Below, piece after piece: positions 26,655 to 35,544 of a stretch of 50,696 nt of DNA (its first letter is position 1; every line of letters starts with the position of its first letter). The notes beneath the pieces were generated by a model that did not search any database, was not told the origin of the DNA, and saw nothing but the letters and a program-made list of their open reading frames with translations. A program made the translations under genes and the position numbers. The stretch is from Gemmatimonadaceae bacterium. Lineage in GTDB: Bacteria > Gemmatimonadota > Gemmatimonadetes > Gemmatimonadales > Gemmatimonadaceae. The stretch lies in assembly GCA_035253695.1 (NCBI GenBank), contig DATFBS010000064.1, forward strand, positions 1 through 50,696. The letters run 5' to 3'.

Positions 26655-28982
26655 GTGCGGGCCGGACTCATGACAATGAGCGCGGAACCGAAGCTTCGGA
26701 CCGATCTGATCGTCAGCCGGATGGAGACGCCGGAAGGTCCGCGGTTTGTGCTCAAGGATCCACGCACTCGGCGGTACTTTCGGCTTCGGGAGCTCGAGTA
26801 CGCAATCGCCCGCCGGCTGGATGGACGGTCGCCGACCGCCGAGCTGGCGCCGGCCCTCTCCGCCGAGCTGGATGTCGATCTCGATGCCAGCGCACTCGAT
26901 GCGTTCGTGGCCCAGCTCCGTCGGCAGGGGTTGATCGACGACCCCTCGGCGCCGACACCACCACGCGAAGGCTTCGTCCGCGGCACGCCCCTCTATCTCC
27001 GCTTCCGCGCGTTCGACCCCGACCGACTGCTCGACTGGCTGATCGTTCGGGTGCGGTTCTTCTTCACCCCGTACTTCGTCCTCGGCTCGGCGGTGCTTCT
27101 GGGCTGGGCGATCATCACAGTCGTCACGCATCGTGCCGACATCATGCAGGACCTCACCCGCCTGTGGAACTTCCAGAGTCTGTTCCTCGCCTGGGTCGTG
27201 GTCCTCTGTGTCGTGACGTTGCACGAGTTCGCGCACGGGCTCACCTGCAAGAACTTCGGCGGCAGGGTGCACGAGATGGGCTTCATGCTCATCTACTTTC
27301 AGCCAGCCTTCTACTGCAACATCAGCGATGCGTGGCTGTTTCCGCAGAAGTCCCGGCGACTCTGGGTGACGGCGGCGGGCGCATACTTCGAGCTGTTCGT
27401 ATGGTCGGTCGCCACGCTGATCTGGACGGTCGTCGAGCCGGGGACGTGGATCAGCGGCGTGGCCCTCATCGTGATGGCGACTTCGGCCATCAAGCAGTTC
27501 TTCAATCTGAATCCGCTGATCAAGCTGGACGGCTACTATTTCCTGAGCGATCTCCTCGAGGTGCCGAACCTGAGACAGCGGGCATTTTCATATCTGAGTG
27601 GCAGACTGAGACGCCTCGTCGGAGCGATTGAGCCCTCTGGATTGCTGGACGCCTCCGGACGGGAGCGCGCGATATTCGTCGCCTACGGCGCGATGGCGTT
27701 CACGTTCTCGTACTGGTTCCTCGCGAAGATCGTGCTTGGTATCGGTGGGTATCTGACCTCTCGGTATCAGGGTCCGGGCTTCGTGGCGTTCACGATGTTC
27801 CTCGGCCTGGTATTTCCACAGCCCGTGCGTCGCCTTATCGGACGCCGCACGAGTTCGCGTCCCACGCCACCCCCGTCGACGGCGGTCTCTCCGCAGACGG
27901 ACACAACCGCGTCCGCGGCCCCGGCGCCTTCTGCGTCGGGAGTAAAGCTCGGTAGTCGAAAGCGGAGGGCGGTGTCGCTCACGCTCGCCGCCGTGGTGGT
28001 CGCGCTCCTTTTCGTGGCGCGCATTCCGTTACGCGTCGGCGGGGCGTTCGAGCTTCTTCCCGCGCGGAACGCCGACGTTCCCTCCACGATCGGCGGCGTC
28101 ATCGAACGGGTGTATGTCGAGGAAGGAAGCGTAGTGGAAGCCGGCGACACCATCGCGCGTCTCTCCGGGCGAGACCACCGCGCTCGTTTGAGAGCGGTGG
28201 AGGCCGATGTCGCCGAACGCGAAGCACAACTTCGGCTGCTCAAGGCTGGGGCACGTCCGGAAGAGCTCGCTCTCGCGCGACTCGCGGTGGCGAGGGCGGA
28301 GGAACCGCTCCGGGTTGCGCAGGCGGAAGTGGAACGGGTGCGCACACTCGCGGCGACGCAGGTCGTGACGCGCGCGGAGCTCGAGCGGGCCGAAGAGCAA
28401 GTGGCGGTGCTCACCAACGAGCTGGAGCAGGCGCGCGGGCGGCTCGCGATGCTGACCGCGGGAAGCCGTCCTGAAGAGATCGCCGCGACGGCACAGGCGG
28501 TCGCGCGGGCGGTGGCCGAGCGAAATCGACTGGAGGCCGAGATCGCGCGCCTGGTGGTGGTCGCACCCCATGGCGGTGTGGTCATGACTCCGCGTCTCTG
28601 GGAGAAAGTCGGGGGCTACGTCGAGCCTGGCGACCTGGTCGCGGAAATCCACTCCCTCGATCGCCTAACGGCGCAGATCGACGTCTCCGAGCGGGACATT
28701 GGAGAGGTCCAGCTCGGGCAACCCGTCGCACTGCGACTTCGTGCGTACCCCAACCGAACATTTCAGGGGACGGTCACGCGCATCGCCGGCGCTGCCGCCG
28801 ACAGCGGCTGGCTCACGGAGCGAACGGTTCGGGTCGAGGTGGACCTCCCGAATGCCGGCCACCTGCTCCGGCCGATGATGACGGGCTATGCCCGTATCCA
28901 CGTCGGGGACCGGCGAGCCGTCGACGTCTTGACGCGCCGCGTTAGGCGTTACGTTCGCGTCGAATTCTGGTCGTGGTGGTGA
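26655..28982 (+). CDS. tripartite fusion: PqqD-like RRE domain + M50/site-2-protease-family metalloprotease + HlyD-type periplasmic adaptor
   Basis: N-terminus (YFRLRELEYAIARRLDGRSPTAELAPAL...ALDAFVAQLRRQGLI) fits the PqqD/RRE pattern. The TM region contains HEFAHGL (HExxH) and FNLNPLIKLDGYYF (NxxPxxxLDG), diagnostic for S2P/M50. The C-terminal half has a biotin-lipoyl-like hairpin (VYVEEGSVVEAGDTIARL), a long coiled coil and a HlyD β-barrel region. GTG start at 26655; alternative ATGs at 26670 and 26676. Confidence 0.8.
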   Translation: MRAGLMTMSAEPKLRTDLIVSRMETPEGPRFVLKDPRTRRYFRLRELEYAIARRLDGRSPTAELAPALSAELDVDLDASALDAFVAQLRRQGLIDDPSAPTPPREGFVRGTPLYLRFRAFDPDRLLDWLIVRVRFFFTPYFVLGSAVLLGWAIITVVTHRADIMQDLTRLWNFQSLFLAWVVVLCVVTLHEFAHGLTCKNFGGRVHEMGFMLIYFQPAFYCNISDAWLFPQKSRRLWVTAAGAYFELFVWSVATLIWTVVEPGTWISGVALIVMATSAIKQFFNLNPLIKLDGYYFLSDLLEVPNLRQRAFSYLSGRLRRLVGAIEPSGLLDASGRERAIFVAYGAMAFTFSYWFLAKIVLGIGGYLTSRYQGPGFVAFTMFLGLVFPQPVRRLIGRRTSSRPTPPPSTAVSPQTDTTASAAPAPSASGVKLGSRKRRAVSLTLAAVVVALLFVARIPLRVGGAFELLPARNADVPSTIGGVIERVYVEEGSVVEAGDTIARLSGRDHRARLRAVEADVAEREAQLRLLKAGARPEELALARLAVARAEEPLRVAQAEVERVRTLAATQVVTRAELERAEEQVAVLTNELEQARGRLAMLTAGSRPEEIAATAQAVARAVAERNRLEAEIARLVVVAPHGGVVMTPRLWEKVGGYVEPGDLVAEIHSLDRLTAQIDVSERDIGEVQLGQPVALRLRAYPNRTFQGTVTRIAGAAADSGWLTERTVRVEVDLPNAGHLLRPMMTGYARIHVGDRRAVDVLTRRVRRYVRVEFWSWW

Positions 28983-29025
28983 TCGTCACCGATTCGGGCC
29001 AAGGCGCCAGCGCGCGCCGTGGGAA

Positions 29026-31224
29026 TCAGTAGCGATAGTAGTCGACCGCCATCCTCAGGCCACCACCGGGCTCGCGACGCCAGATCACGAGAAACTCGAC
29101 CACCGACGTGCGGTCGCCGTTCGGCCCAGTCGTCACGAGTGTCGAGCGGCCGATCTGATAGGGATTGTCCGGATGTCCGCCGACATCGATTACGTCGAGC
29201 TTCCAGGACTTGGCGTTGCGGATGCCGGTCCAGTACTTGTCGATTGCCGCACGGCCCTGCACGAGCTCGCCCCGTTCCCCGTCGATGCGCGCGTCATCGG
29301 TGTAGAAGCGAGCGACCGCAAGCATGTCCCCCGAGTTGAACGCCGCGACCATGGAGTCGTTGACGGCCTGAATCTCCGCGCGCAGAGCCGGGTTCTGCAC
29401 CGGCGCACGTACCACAGGTGGCGTCGCCTTCGTCGGGTGTTCGCCACGCTCCGCGTGCGAAAACTCCCAGAGGACGTTCACGATCTTCCATTCCCCGTTG
29501 ACACGCGCCAGGTGCATGAGGTCGATCCAGTCCGTCATCCGGGCGCGAGCACTTGCCGCGTTGCCGAAGATCTCGAGGATCTCGACCTCGCGCCTCCGCA
29601 ACGAGTCCGGCGTCTCCCGGCCCCAGCCACGGCGCGTACCCTGCACCAAGGTCATCGCCGTCTGGTTCTCCATTCGATTCGCGCCGCGCTCCGGATCGGG
29701 ACGCCAGATCCGCTTGGCCAAATCCGGATGAACCGCGCGCTCCATCCGTGCCGCGTCGCCGGTGTACCAGCCGTCCACATAGTCGAGGACGGCGGCCCTG
29801 ATGCGTACACTATCGATCGACGATCCCATCATCGGGACACGCTCCATCACCTGCCACGAGCCGACCGTGAGGTGCGTGATTCGCCCGAGGGAATCCTCGT
29901 GAAACCCGAAGCGCCGCGATCCATCGTCGCTGCGGAAGAAGCGGGGGCTGACCTCGATGAATCGGCCATTGAACGCCGAAAGCGAGCCGTCCTGATTGGC
30001 GACGACGTCGGCCTCTCCCATCTGTCGTGGATTGGCGCACGTGTGACAGACGATGTTCGCGCGATAGTGACCAGCGTACCGAGCGGCCGACCGGGCCGCA
30101 GCCTCGCGCGACGCGTGCATCGGCACCGGTCGCTTCGCGGCCTCGGGTGCGGGGGCGAGGCGATCGAGCACCGCGCGCGTGACGGTAAAGCGCAAGTTGC
30201 TTCCCTCACGGTGGCTCGCGACGAAGACACCGAGGTTCCGCGCTGGAAGCAGGGTCATGAGCGATGAGAAACCGGCGACGTCGCCGCCATGCTGGACGCC
30301 CCGATCATCGTTGGCTCGCTGGATTTGCTGCCACCCGAGCCCGTAGCCGGGGATCAACGGGTGCATCGTGACATGCTGGCGCTGCATCTCGCGAGTCATC
30401 CGCTCACTCATGATCGCGCTGCGTCCGGCGAGCTGGGCGATCATGAAGCGCGCCATGTCTCGCGCCGTGCTGTTCATCGACGACGCCGGCGTCGTGTGAT
30501 ACCACTCCCAGGGCGCCCTTGCGGCGGTGTCCCCCTGGACGTCGTACGGCGTCGCCGCCTGAGATCGCACGGCCTCCGGGACGGTCACCCAGGTGCGCGT
30601 CATGCCGAGCGGGCGCCAGATGCTGTCGACGAGATACTTCTCGAAGGGGAGTCCCGACACATCCTCGACGATGACGCCGGCAAGCGCGACCCCGTACGTC
30701 GAGTACGCCGTCGCCCAGCCTGGTGCCGCATACTGGATGAGCCTCGGACGCAGGTAATCCCGCAGCGGCTGCAGGCTCGCTTCGCCGTCGGCGAGAGGGC
30801 CGGGACGGATCTCGTCCAGCGCCGCCGTGTGGGTCAAGAGGTGCCTAACGGTGGTCGGCGTCCGATATCGCGTCCGGATCCGCAGGTCGCGCAAGTATCG
30901 ATGGACGTTGGAATCCAGGTGGACGCGGCCGCGATCGATCAGCTGCGCCACCGCCACGGCGGTCATGATTTTGCTGATCGACCCGATCCGGACGATCGTC
31001 GAATCGGTCATGGAGCGCCGGCTCTCGAGGTCGGCGAAGCCGTATCCCTTCGAGAAGATCACGCGCCCTCCACTCACTACCGTCACCACCGCCCCCGGAA
31101 TCCGCTCGGCGGCCATCGCCGCCGGTACGACCGAGTCGAGCATCGATCCCAACCCGGATGCGCTCTGCGCCGACGCGATCCGCGTCAGGCCGCAGACGAG
31201 AAGAGCCACGATGAGTTTTGTCAT
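29026..31224 (-). CDS. serine hydrolase (beta-lactamase/PBP-like, class C fold) fused to two C-terminal NTF2/SnoaL-like domains
   Basis: S-x-x-K motif (SISK) and YxN-like region. Signal peptide. The C-terminal ~250 aa contain two NTF2-like modules, the first closely related to the protein at 33576-34043. Confidence 0.7.
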   Translation of the reverse strand: MTKLIVALLVCGLTRIASAQSASGLGSMLDSVVPAAMAAERIPGAVVTVVSGGRVIFSKGYGFADLESRRSMTDSTIVRIGSISKIMTAVAVAQLIDRGRVHLDSNVHRYLRDLRIRTRYRTPTTVRHLLTHTAALDEIRPGPLADGEASLQPLRDYLRPRLIQYAAPGWATAYSTYGVALAGVIVEDVSGLPFEKYLVDSIWRPLGMTRTWVTVPEAVRSQAATPYDVQGDTAARAPWEWYHTTPASSMNSTARDMARFMIAQLAGRSAIMSERMTREMQRQHVTMHPLIPGYGLGWQQIQRANDDRGVQHGGDVAGFSSLMTLLPARNLGVFVASHREGSNLRFTVTRAVLDRLAPAPEAAKRPVPMHASREAAARSAARYAGHYRANIVCHTCANPRQMGEADVVANQDGSLSAFNGRFIEVSPRFFRSDDGSRRFGFHEDSLGRITHLTVGSWQVMERVPMMGSSIDSVRIRAAVLDYVDGWYTGDAARMERAVHPDLAKRIWRPDPERGANRMENQTAMTLVQGTRRGWGRETPDSLRRREVEILEIFGNAASARARMTDWIDLMHLARVNGEWKIVNVLWEFSHAERGEHPTKATPPVVRAPVQNPALRAEIQAVNDSMVAAFNSGDMLAVARFYTDDARIDGERGELVQGRAAIDKYWTGIRNAKSWKLDVIDVGGHPDNPYQIGRSTLVTTGPNGDRTSVVEFLVIWRREPGGGLRMAVDYYRY

Positions 31225-31329
31225 GTCGCCGAAGGTTTGGGGACGCTCGGCTCCGCGACAGAGGCAATGTGACGAACTGGCCGCGCCATGGAGTGGGTTG
31301 TCACTAGCCAGATGCCATCAAGACCTACA

Positions 31330-31546
31330 GGCTGGCATCAAGAACAAGAAGCGGTTTGACACGGATGACACGGATTGAACTGAAGGTGCCTAATCGTTCA
31401 TGCGCGGCGTAACTCTCCTCTCGCAACCAGAAAAAAAAGACATTTCTTGTTGTTGTAGAGGAGGGATCCCTGCGCCCCGCGTCGATCCGGCCGCTTCGGT
31501 TCAATCCGTGTCATCCGTGTTCAACTGCTCTCCGTTCTTGATGCCC
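31330..31546. repeat. ~217-bp highly structured element, copy A (terminal ~48-bp inverted repeats with GACACGGAT tandem units, inner hairpins); candidate MITE or structured ncRNA
   Basis: Near-identical to 35545-35738 apart from a central A-rich insertion. The termini GGCTGGCATCAAGAA...TTCTTGATGCCC are reverse complements. It lies between same-strand genes. Confidence 0.6.
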
Positions 31547-31578
31547 GCCTGTCGCCTCACAAGCCCCGGCAGAGAAGA

Positions 31579-32295
31579 TCACCTCGGCTTGAGGAGGGCG
31601 CGAAGCTTGGCGCTGTGCGTCCGGCTCGACGTGATGCGAGATCCATCCTTCATCGTGAGGACGTATTGTCCGTGGACGTGCGGCTCCAGGGTCGTAACGC
31701 AGTCCACGTTGACGATCGCCGAGCGATGCACGCGCACGAATTTGCTCGGATCGAGGCGTGCCTCGACGGACTTGAGCGTCTCGCGGACGAGATGCCGCCG
31801 GCCGCCGCTGTGCAGACGAGCGTAATTCCCCTCGCCGGCGATCCACTCCACGTCGGCGGCGCGGACAAGGGTCATTCGGGACGCCGACCGTACGACGAAT
31901 CGCGCTTCGGGGCGCGGACGTTCGCTCACCCGCGCGCGCGCGCGTGCCAGCGCCGCCCGAAACCGGGCACGGTCGAAGGGCTTGAGAAGGTAGTCGACCG
32001 CGCTGACGTCGAATGCGCGCAGCGCGTACTCATCGTACGCGGTGACCACGACGATGAACGGACGCTGCTCGGGGGCCAGATGGGACTCGAGCAGCTGCAC
32101 GAGACCAAATCCATCCATCCCGGGCATTTGCACGTCGAGAAAGAGCACCTGGGGGGCCGACTCGAGGATTCCCGTCAATGCCTCTTCGCCAGTGCGGTAT
32201 TCCCCGACGAGCGTGACGTCCATTTCGTCAGCCAGCAGCGCACGAATGCGTTCGCGTCCCAGCGGCTCGTCGTCGACCAGGGCGACGCGTACCAT
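31579..32295 (-). CDS. LytTR-family response regulator (REC + LytTR DNA-binding domain)
   Basis: REC domain with phospho-acceptor Asp (LFLDVQMPGMDG). C-terminal LytTR domain (RFVVRSASRMTLVRAADVEWIAGEGNYARLH...FVRVHRSAIVN). Confidence 0.85.
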   Translation of the reverse strand: MVRVALVDDEPLGRERIRALLADEMDVTLVGEYRTGEEALTGILESAPQVLFLDVQMPGMDGFGLVQLLESHLAPEQRPFIVVVTAYDEYALRAFDVSAVDYLLKPFDRARFRAALARARARVSERPRPEARFVVRSASRMTLVRAADVEWIAGEGNYARLHSGGRRHLVRETLKSVEARLDPSKFVRVHRSAIVNVDCVTTLEPHVHGQYVLTMKDGSRITSSRTHSAKLRALLKPR

Positions 32296-32296
32296 C

Positions 32297-33421
32297 TCAG
32301 GCGACGGCCGCTCGGAACGGGATGTCCACCGCGACGAGCAGGCCGCCGTCCTCGCCGTTGGTGAGGTGGAGCGAGTGGTCAGCCCCGTAGCGCTCGCGAA
32401 GCCGCTCGCGGGTGTTCGTTAGGCCGACCCCTTCGCGCGGAAAGCCATTGCCCTGAAGGGCCCCTCCCGGACCGTCGTCGGAAACGGAAAGGTGCAGACG
32501 CTCGCCGTCTCGCCTGGCGCTAATGGTGACGCGGCCGCGCCCATGACGGGACCCGATGCCGTGTTGCAGCGCATTCTCGACGAGCGGCTGCAACACGAAC
32601 CGCGGAACCAGCGCGCTTTTCGTCTCGGTCGCGACTCTCACATCGAGCGTCAGTCGGTCCTCGAATCGCACCCGCGCGATGTCGAGATACGCGTCCAGCA
32701 GTTGCAGCTCCTCGTCGAGCGGGACCTCGGGCCGGTCGCGACCGTCGAGCGTGCGGCGCAGGAGATCCCCGAGCCGAGCCAGCATGGTGTCGGCTGCCTC
32801 GACGTCCCGGTGCATGAGCGTCGAGATGGCGTGCAGTGTGTTGAACAGAAAATGAGGCTGGAGCTGCGCGGTGAGCGTTTCAAGACGTGCTTCGGCGAGT
32901 CGCGTCTCCAGACGTGCGGCGCGCGCGGTGTCCTCCATGGCGCGGCGGTTGAACTCGACGGCGTGGATGACGGCGAACATCGCTGCGAACGCCATGAACT
33001 CGTAGACGATGTTGCTGAGAATCAGGCGGCCGACGACGACACTCCGGTAGTCGGGGATGAGCCAGGCGGCGATCCCAGCGTACATGAAGTACTTGATCGG
33101 AACGCAGGCGAGCGCGACGAGCGTTTGAACGCTCACCGACCGCCACCACCGCGCCCGCTCCCACGGGATCGCGCGCACGACCCAGAAAAACAACGGCGTG
33201 AAGACCGCGCAGGTGTACCAGTCCGCGAGCCGGTCGATCAGCACCGGCGTCCATGGCACCGGGCGGCCGTCGCGCATGAAGTAGATGGACGTCTGGACCG
33301 CCGAGAGCAGTCCGAGCGCCGTCCAGACGACGAAGCCGAGCAGCCATGGCTGCCATCGGCGCGCGGGCGATCGGGAAGAGAGCATCAGAAGAGAATCTGG
33401 CCCCGAACCGAGGGGAGGCAA
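32297..33421 (-). CDS. LytS/YehU-type sensor histidine kinase
   Basis: Multi-TM N-terminus. His_kinase-type H-box (LQPHFLFNTLHAISTL). HATPase_c motifs (LQPLVENALQHGI, DDGPG, GVGLTNTRERL). The gene ends 1 nt before the response-regulator start, so the two form an operon. Confidence 0.8.
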   Translation of the reverse strand: MPPLGSGPDSLLMLSSRSPARRWQPWLLGFVVWTALGLLSAVQTSIYFMRDGRPVPWTPVLIDRLADWYTCAVFTPLFFWVVRAIPWERARWWRSVSVQTLVALACVPIKYFMYAGIAAWLIPDYRSVVVGRLILSNIVYEFMAFAAMFAVIHAVEFNRRAMEDTARAARLETRLAEARLETLTAQLQPHFLFNTLHAISTLMHRDVEAADTMLARLGDLLRRTLDGRDRPEVPLDEELQLLDAYLDIARVRFEDRLTLDVRVATETKSALVPRFVLQPLVENALQHGIGSRHGRGRVTISARRDGERLHLSVSDDGPGGALQGNGFPREGVGLTNTRERLRERYGADHSLHLTNGEDGGLLVAVDIPFRAAVA

Positions 33422-33575
33422 GCACCGCTCGTCCCGTCGGAGGGCCAGTTCGTCTCACGGACAGCCGTCGTTAGGGCCCCAGCCCCGCGCGGCGTAGCAA
33501 GCTCTGGAAACGCGGATCGCCGCGCAACGGGTCCCGCACCGCACCGACCTTCAGTTCGGTCGGTCCATTGTCACC

Positions 33576-34043
33576 CTACTGCGGCCGAAGCTCCCACAGC
33601 ACGTTGACGATGACCCACCGGTCGTTCCACCGAGCGACGTGGAGGTAGTCGACCCAGGTGCCGGCATCGACGCGCACGCTGGCGGTGTTTCTGAAGATGT
33701 CCAGGATGCGGACGTCCTTGCGCTGCTCGCCGGGTGGCGTGTCCTTCCCACCGCCACCCCGCGTGTTGAGCACGAGTGTCATTGCGCTCTGGTGTCCGAG
33801 CACGCGTCGCCCGCGCTGGTCGGTATTCATGATTCGCTTGGCCAGATCCGGGTGAACCGCGCGTTCCATGCGCTCGGCGTTTCCGGCGTACCATCCCTCG
33901 ATGTAGTCGAGTGCGGCGGCGCGGATCGCGACGCTGTCTGCCGCCGATTGAGCGTGCGACATGGATGGCAACGCGATCGCCAGGACAGCGGTGATCGCGA
34001 GCGAGAGGCGTTTCGCGGCGGGGATCACGGAGAGAGTCGACAT
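33576..34043 (-). CDS. NTF2/SnoaL-like family protein, secreted
   Basis: Signal peptide. Strong paralogy to the first NTF2 module of gene 29026-31224 (DY.EGWY.G.A.RMERAVHPDLAKRI...W.IVNVLWE). Confidence 0.6.
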   Translation of the reverse strand: MSTLSVIPAAKRLSLAITAVLAIALPSMSHAQSAADSVAIRAAALDYIEGWYAGNAERMERAVHPDLAKRIMNTDQRGRRVLGHQSAMTLVLNTRGGGGKDTPPGEQRKDVRILDIFRNTASVRVDAGTWVDYLHVARWNDRWVIVNVLWELRPQ

Positions 34044-34101
34044 ATCGGCAATGGATGGAAGCTGCGCTTGACGTCAGGCGCGCCGGAGTGCGAGCGAGAT
34101 G

Positions 34102-34776
34102 TCACAGCCGCTTGATCGGCGGTGGCGCCGGGATGGTGTGCACGGGAGCGATTGAGAACCCCATTTCCGAAACCGGCCTATCGGCATCGGAGGGATCTCC
34201 CCTCTCGATGACGCCGCCGCGCTCAATGGAGGATGTGACGCGTGCGTCACCCCAATAGGTGATGTTTCCGCCCTCCACGACGGTGGCGGCGATCCTGGTG
34301 ATCGGCTTCGTAAAGATTCTGCCCCCGCTCAGCACGGAAGCGGCGACGCTGCCCACCGCCATCGAACGAATGTCGATCGTCCCGCCATTGTCCACGCTGG
34401 CCTCAATGGCCACCTGACGCGGGAAGCTGCCCGTGCTCTCGATCATACCTCCATGCGCGATCGAAACGCGGGCGAGCTCTGGCGTCAGGATCTCGATCTC
34501 GAGCTCCCGTCGCGGTCTGCCTTTGCTCTTCACCTTCTCGATGACGAGCGCGTCTCCGGAGGCGATGGTGACTCGCGCATCGTCCCGGCTGCCTTTGAGG
34601 AAGGTTACGCGCTGGGTGGGCCCGTAGCGAAGGATCACTTTGCCACCATGCCGCAGCTCGACCGAGCGGAAGGGAGCAACATCAACCGACGTCGGTTCCG
34701 ATTGGCCACTGGCGCGAACGGAAAGGATTCCCGAAAACACCAGTAGCCCGCAGGCGCGCGCAATTCCCGATGACAT
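34102..34776 (-). CDS. DUF2807/GIN-domain-like secreted protein (putative adhesin-head β-helix)
   Basis: Signal peptide. Repetitive β-strand pattern with GG and I/V-rich segments, typical of head-domain GIN/DUF2807 proteins. Confidence 0.5.
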   Translation of the reverse strand: MSSGIARACGLLVFSGILSVRASGQSEPTSVDVAPFRSVELRHGGKVILRYGPTQRVTFLKGSRDDARVTIASGDALVIEKVKSKGRPRRELEIEILTPELARVSIAHGGMIESTGSFPRQVAIEASVDNGGTIDIRSMAVGSVAASVLSGGRIFTKPITRIAATVVEGGNITYWGDARVTSSIERGGVIERGDPSDADRPVSEMGFSIAPVHTIPAPPPIKRL

Positions 34777-34990
34777 GGCTCTTCTCCTGGGCGACGGGTT
34801 CCATCGCGTTCCGGAGAAGACCGCGCTGCCCAGTCGCGCCTCCTCCGTGGCGATACCTTGTCATCCGACAATACGTGCCGTGTTGTCGAACGTCAAGGTA
34901 TCCCGGCCGGCCGATGTCAGCCCTCGACTGGCTCGAGGCAGTCCAACCCCGTCGGCGGACCGCCCCTTGAGCTTCGGTTGCGGTTCGTGT

Positions 34991-35494
34991 TCACGCGCGG
35001 ACCAGAGGGCTCACACCAAGCGCGCAGACATACAGCCCGAGCCCGAATACGGTATGTGTCACGAGGCTCTTCAGCCGGGCCTGCATGGGTTTGGGCGTTC
35101 GTGATGCCGCGATGCCGAGGCCGAGGGATGGCTGTAAGAGAAAGAACGGGAACACGAGCGTGGCAACGCCGTACAGCAGAGCGGGGAGCAGCGTTGGCTG
35201 AGCGAGCCAGTCACCTGCTGTCAGAGCCACGAACCCCAACGCCAACGCGATCCCGATGGCATAGTGGCCAATCCATCCGACCACGCACTCCCGGGGCTTC
35301 CGTGGAGCGGTCGCAATGCTCGCGTGCCGAAGAATGCCCTCCGGCATGTGCCGAAGCCAACGCCCGAGCAGGCAGTAGTCGAGCGATGGAATGCTGAACG
35401 CCCGCCTCAGGAAGAGATTCCATAAGTCCATGAGCAGGGTTGCGCCGATGCCAATTCCCACCGCCCCAAGGACGTCGTTTGCGTCAATGCTCAT
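34991..35494 (-). CDS. DUF2938-like integral membrane protein
   Basis: The likely start is MSIDANDVLGAVGIG (ATG ~35494). The 50-codon ORF-track extension to 35644 is translation of element copy B. Four TM segments. Confidence 0.5.
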   Translation of the reverse strand: MSIDANDVLGAVGIGIGATLLMDLWNLFLRRAFSIPSLDYCLLGRWLRHMPEGILRHASIATAPRKPRECVVGWIGHYAIGIALALGFVALTAGDWLAQPTLLPALLYGVATLVFPFFLLQPSLGLGIAASRTPKPMQARLKSLVTHTVFGLGLYVCALGVSPLVRA

Positions 35495-35544
35495 TATCCG
35501 CGGCGAGGCCAGCGAGCGGTAAGAGTATTTCGCGACAGGCGTGA

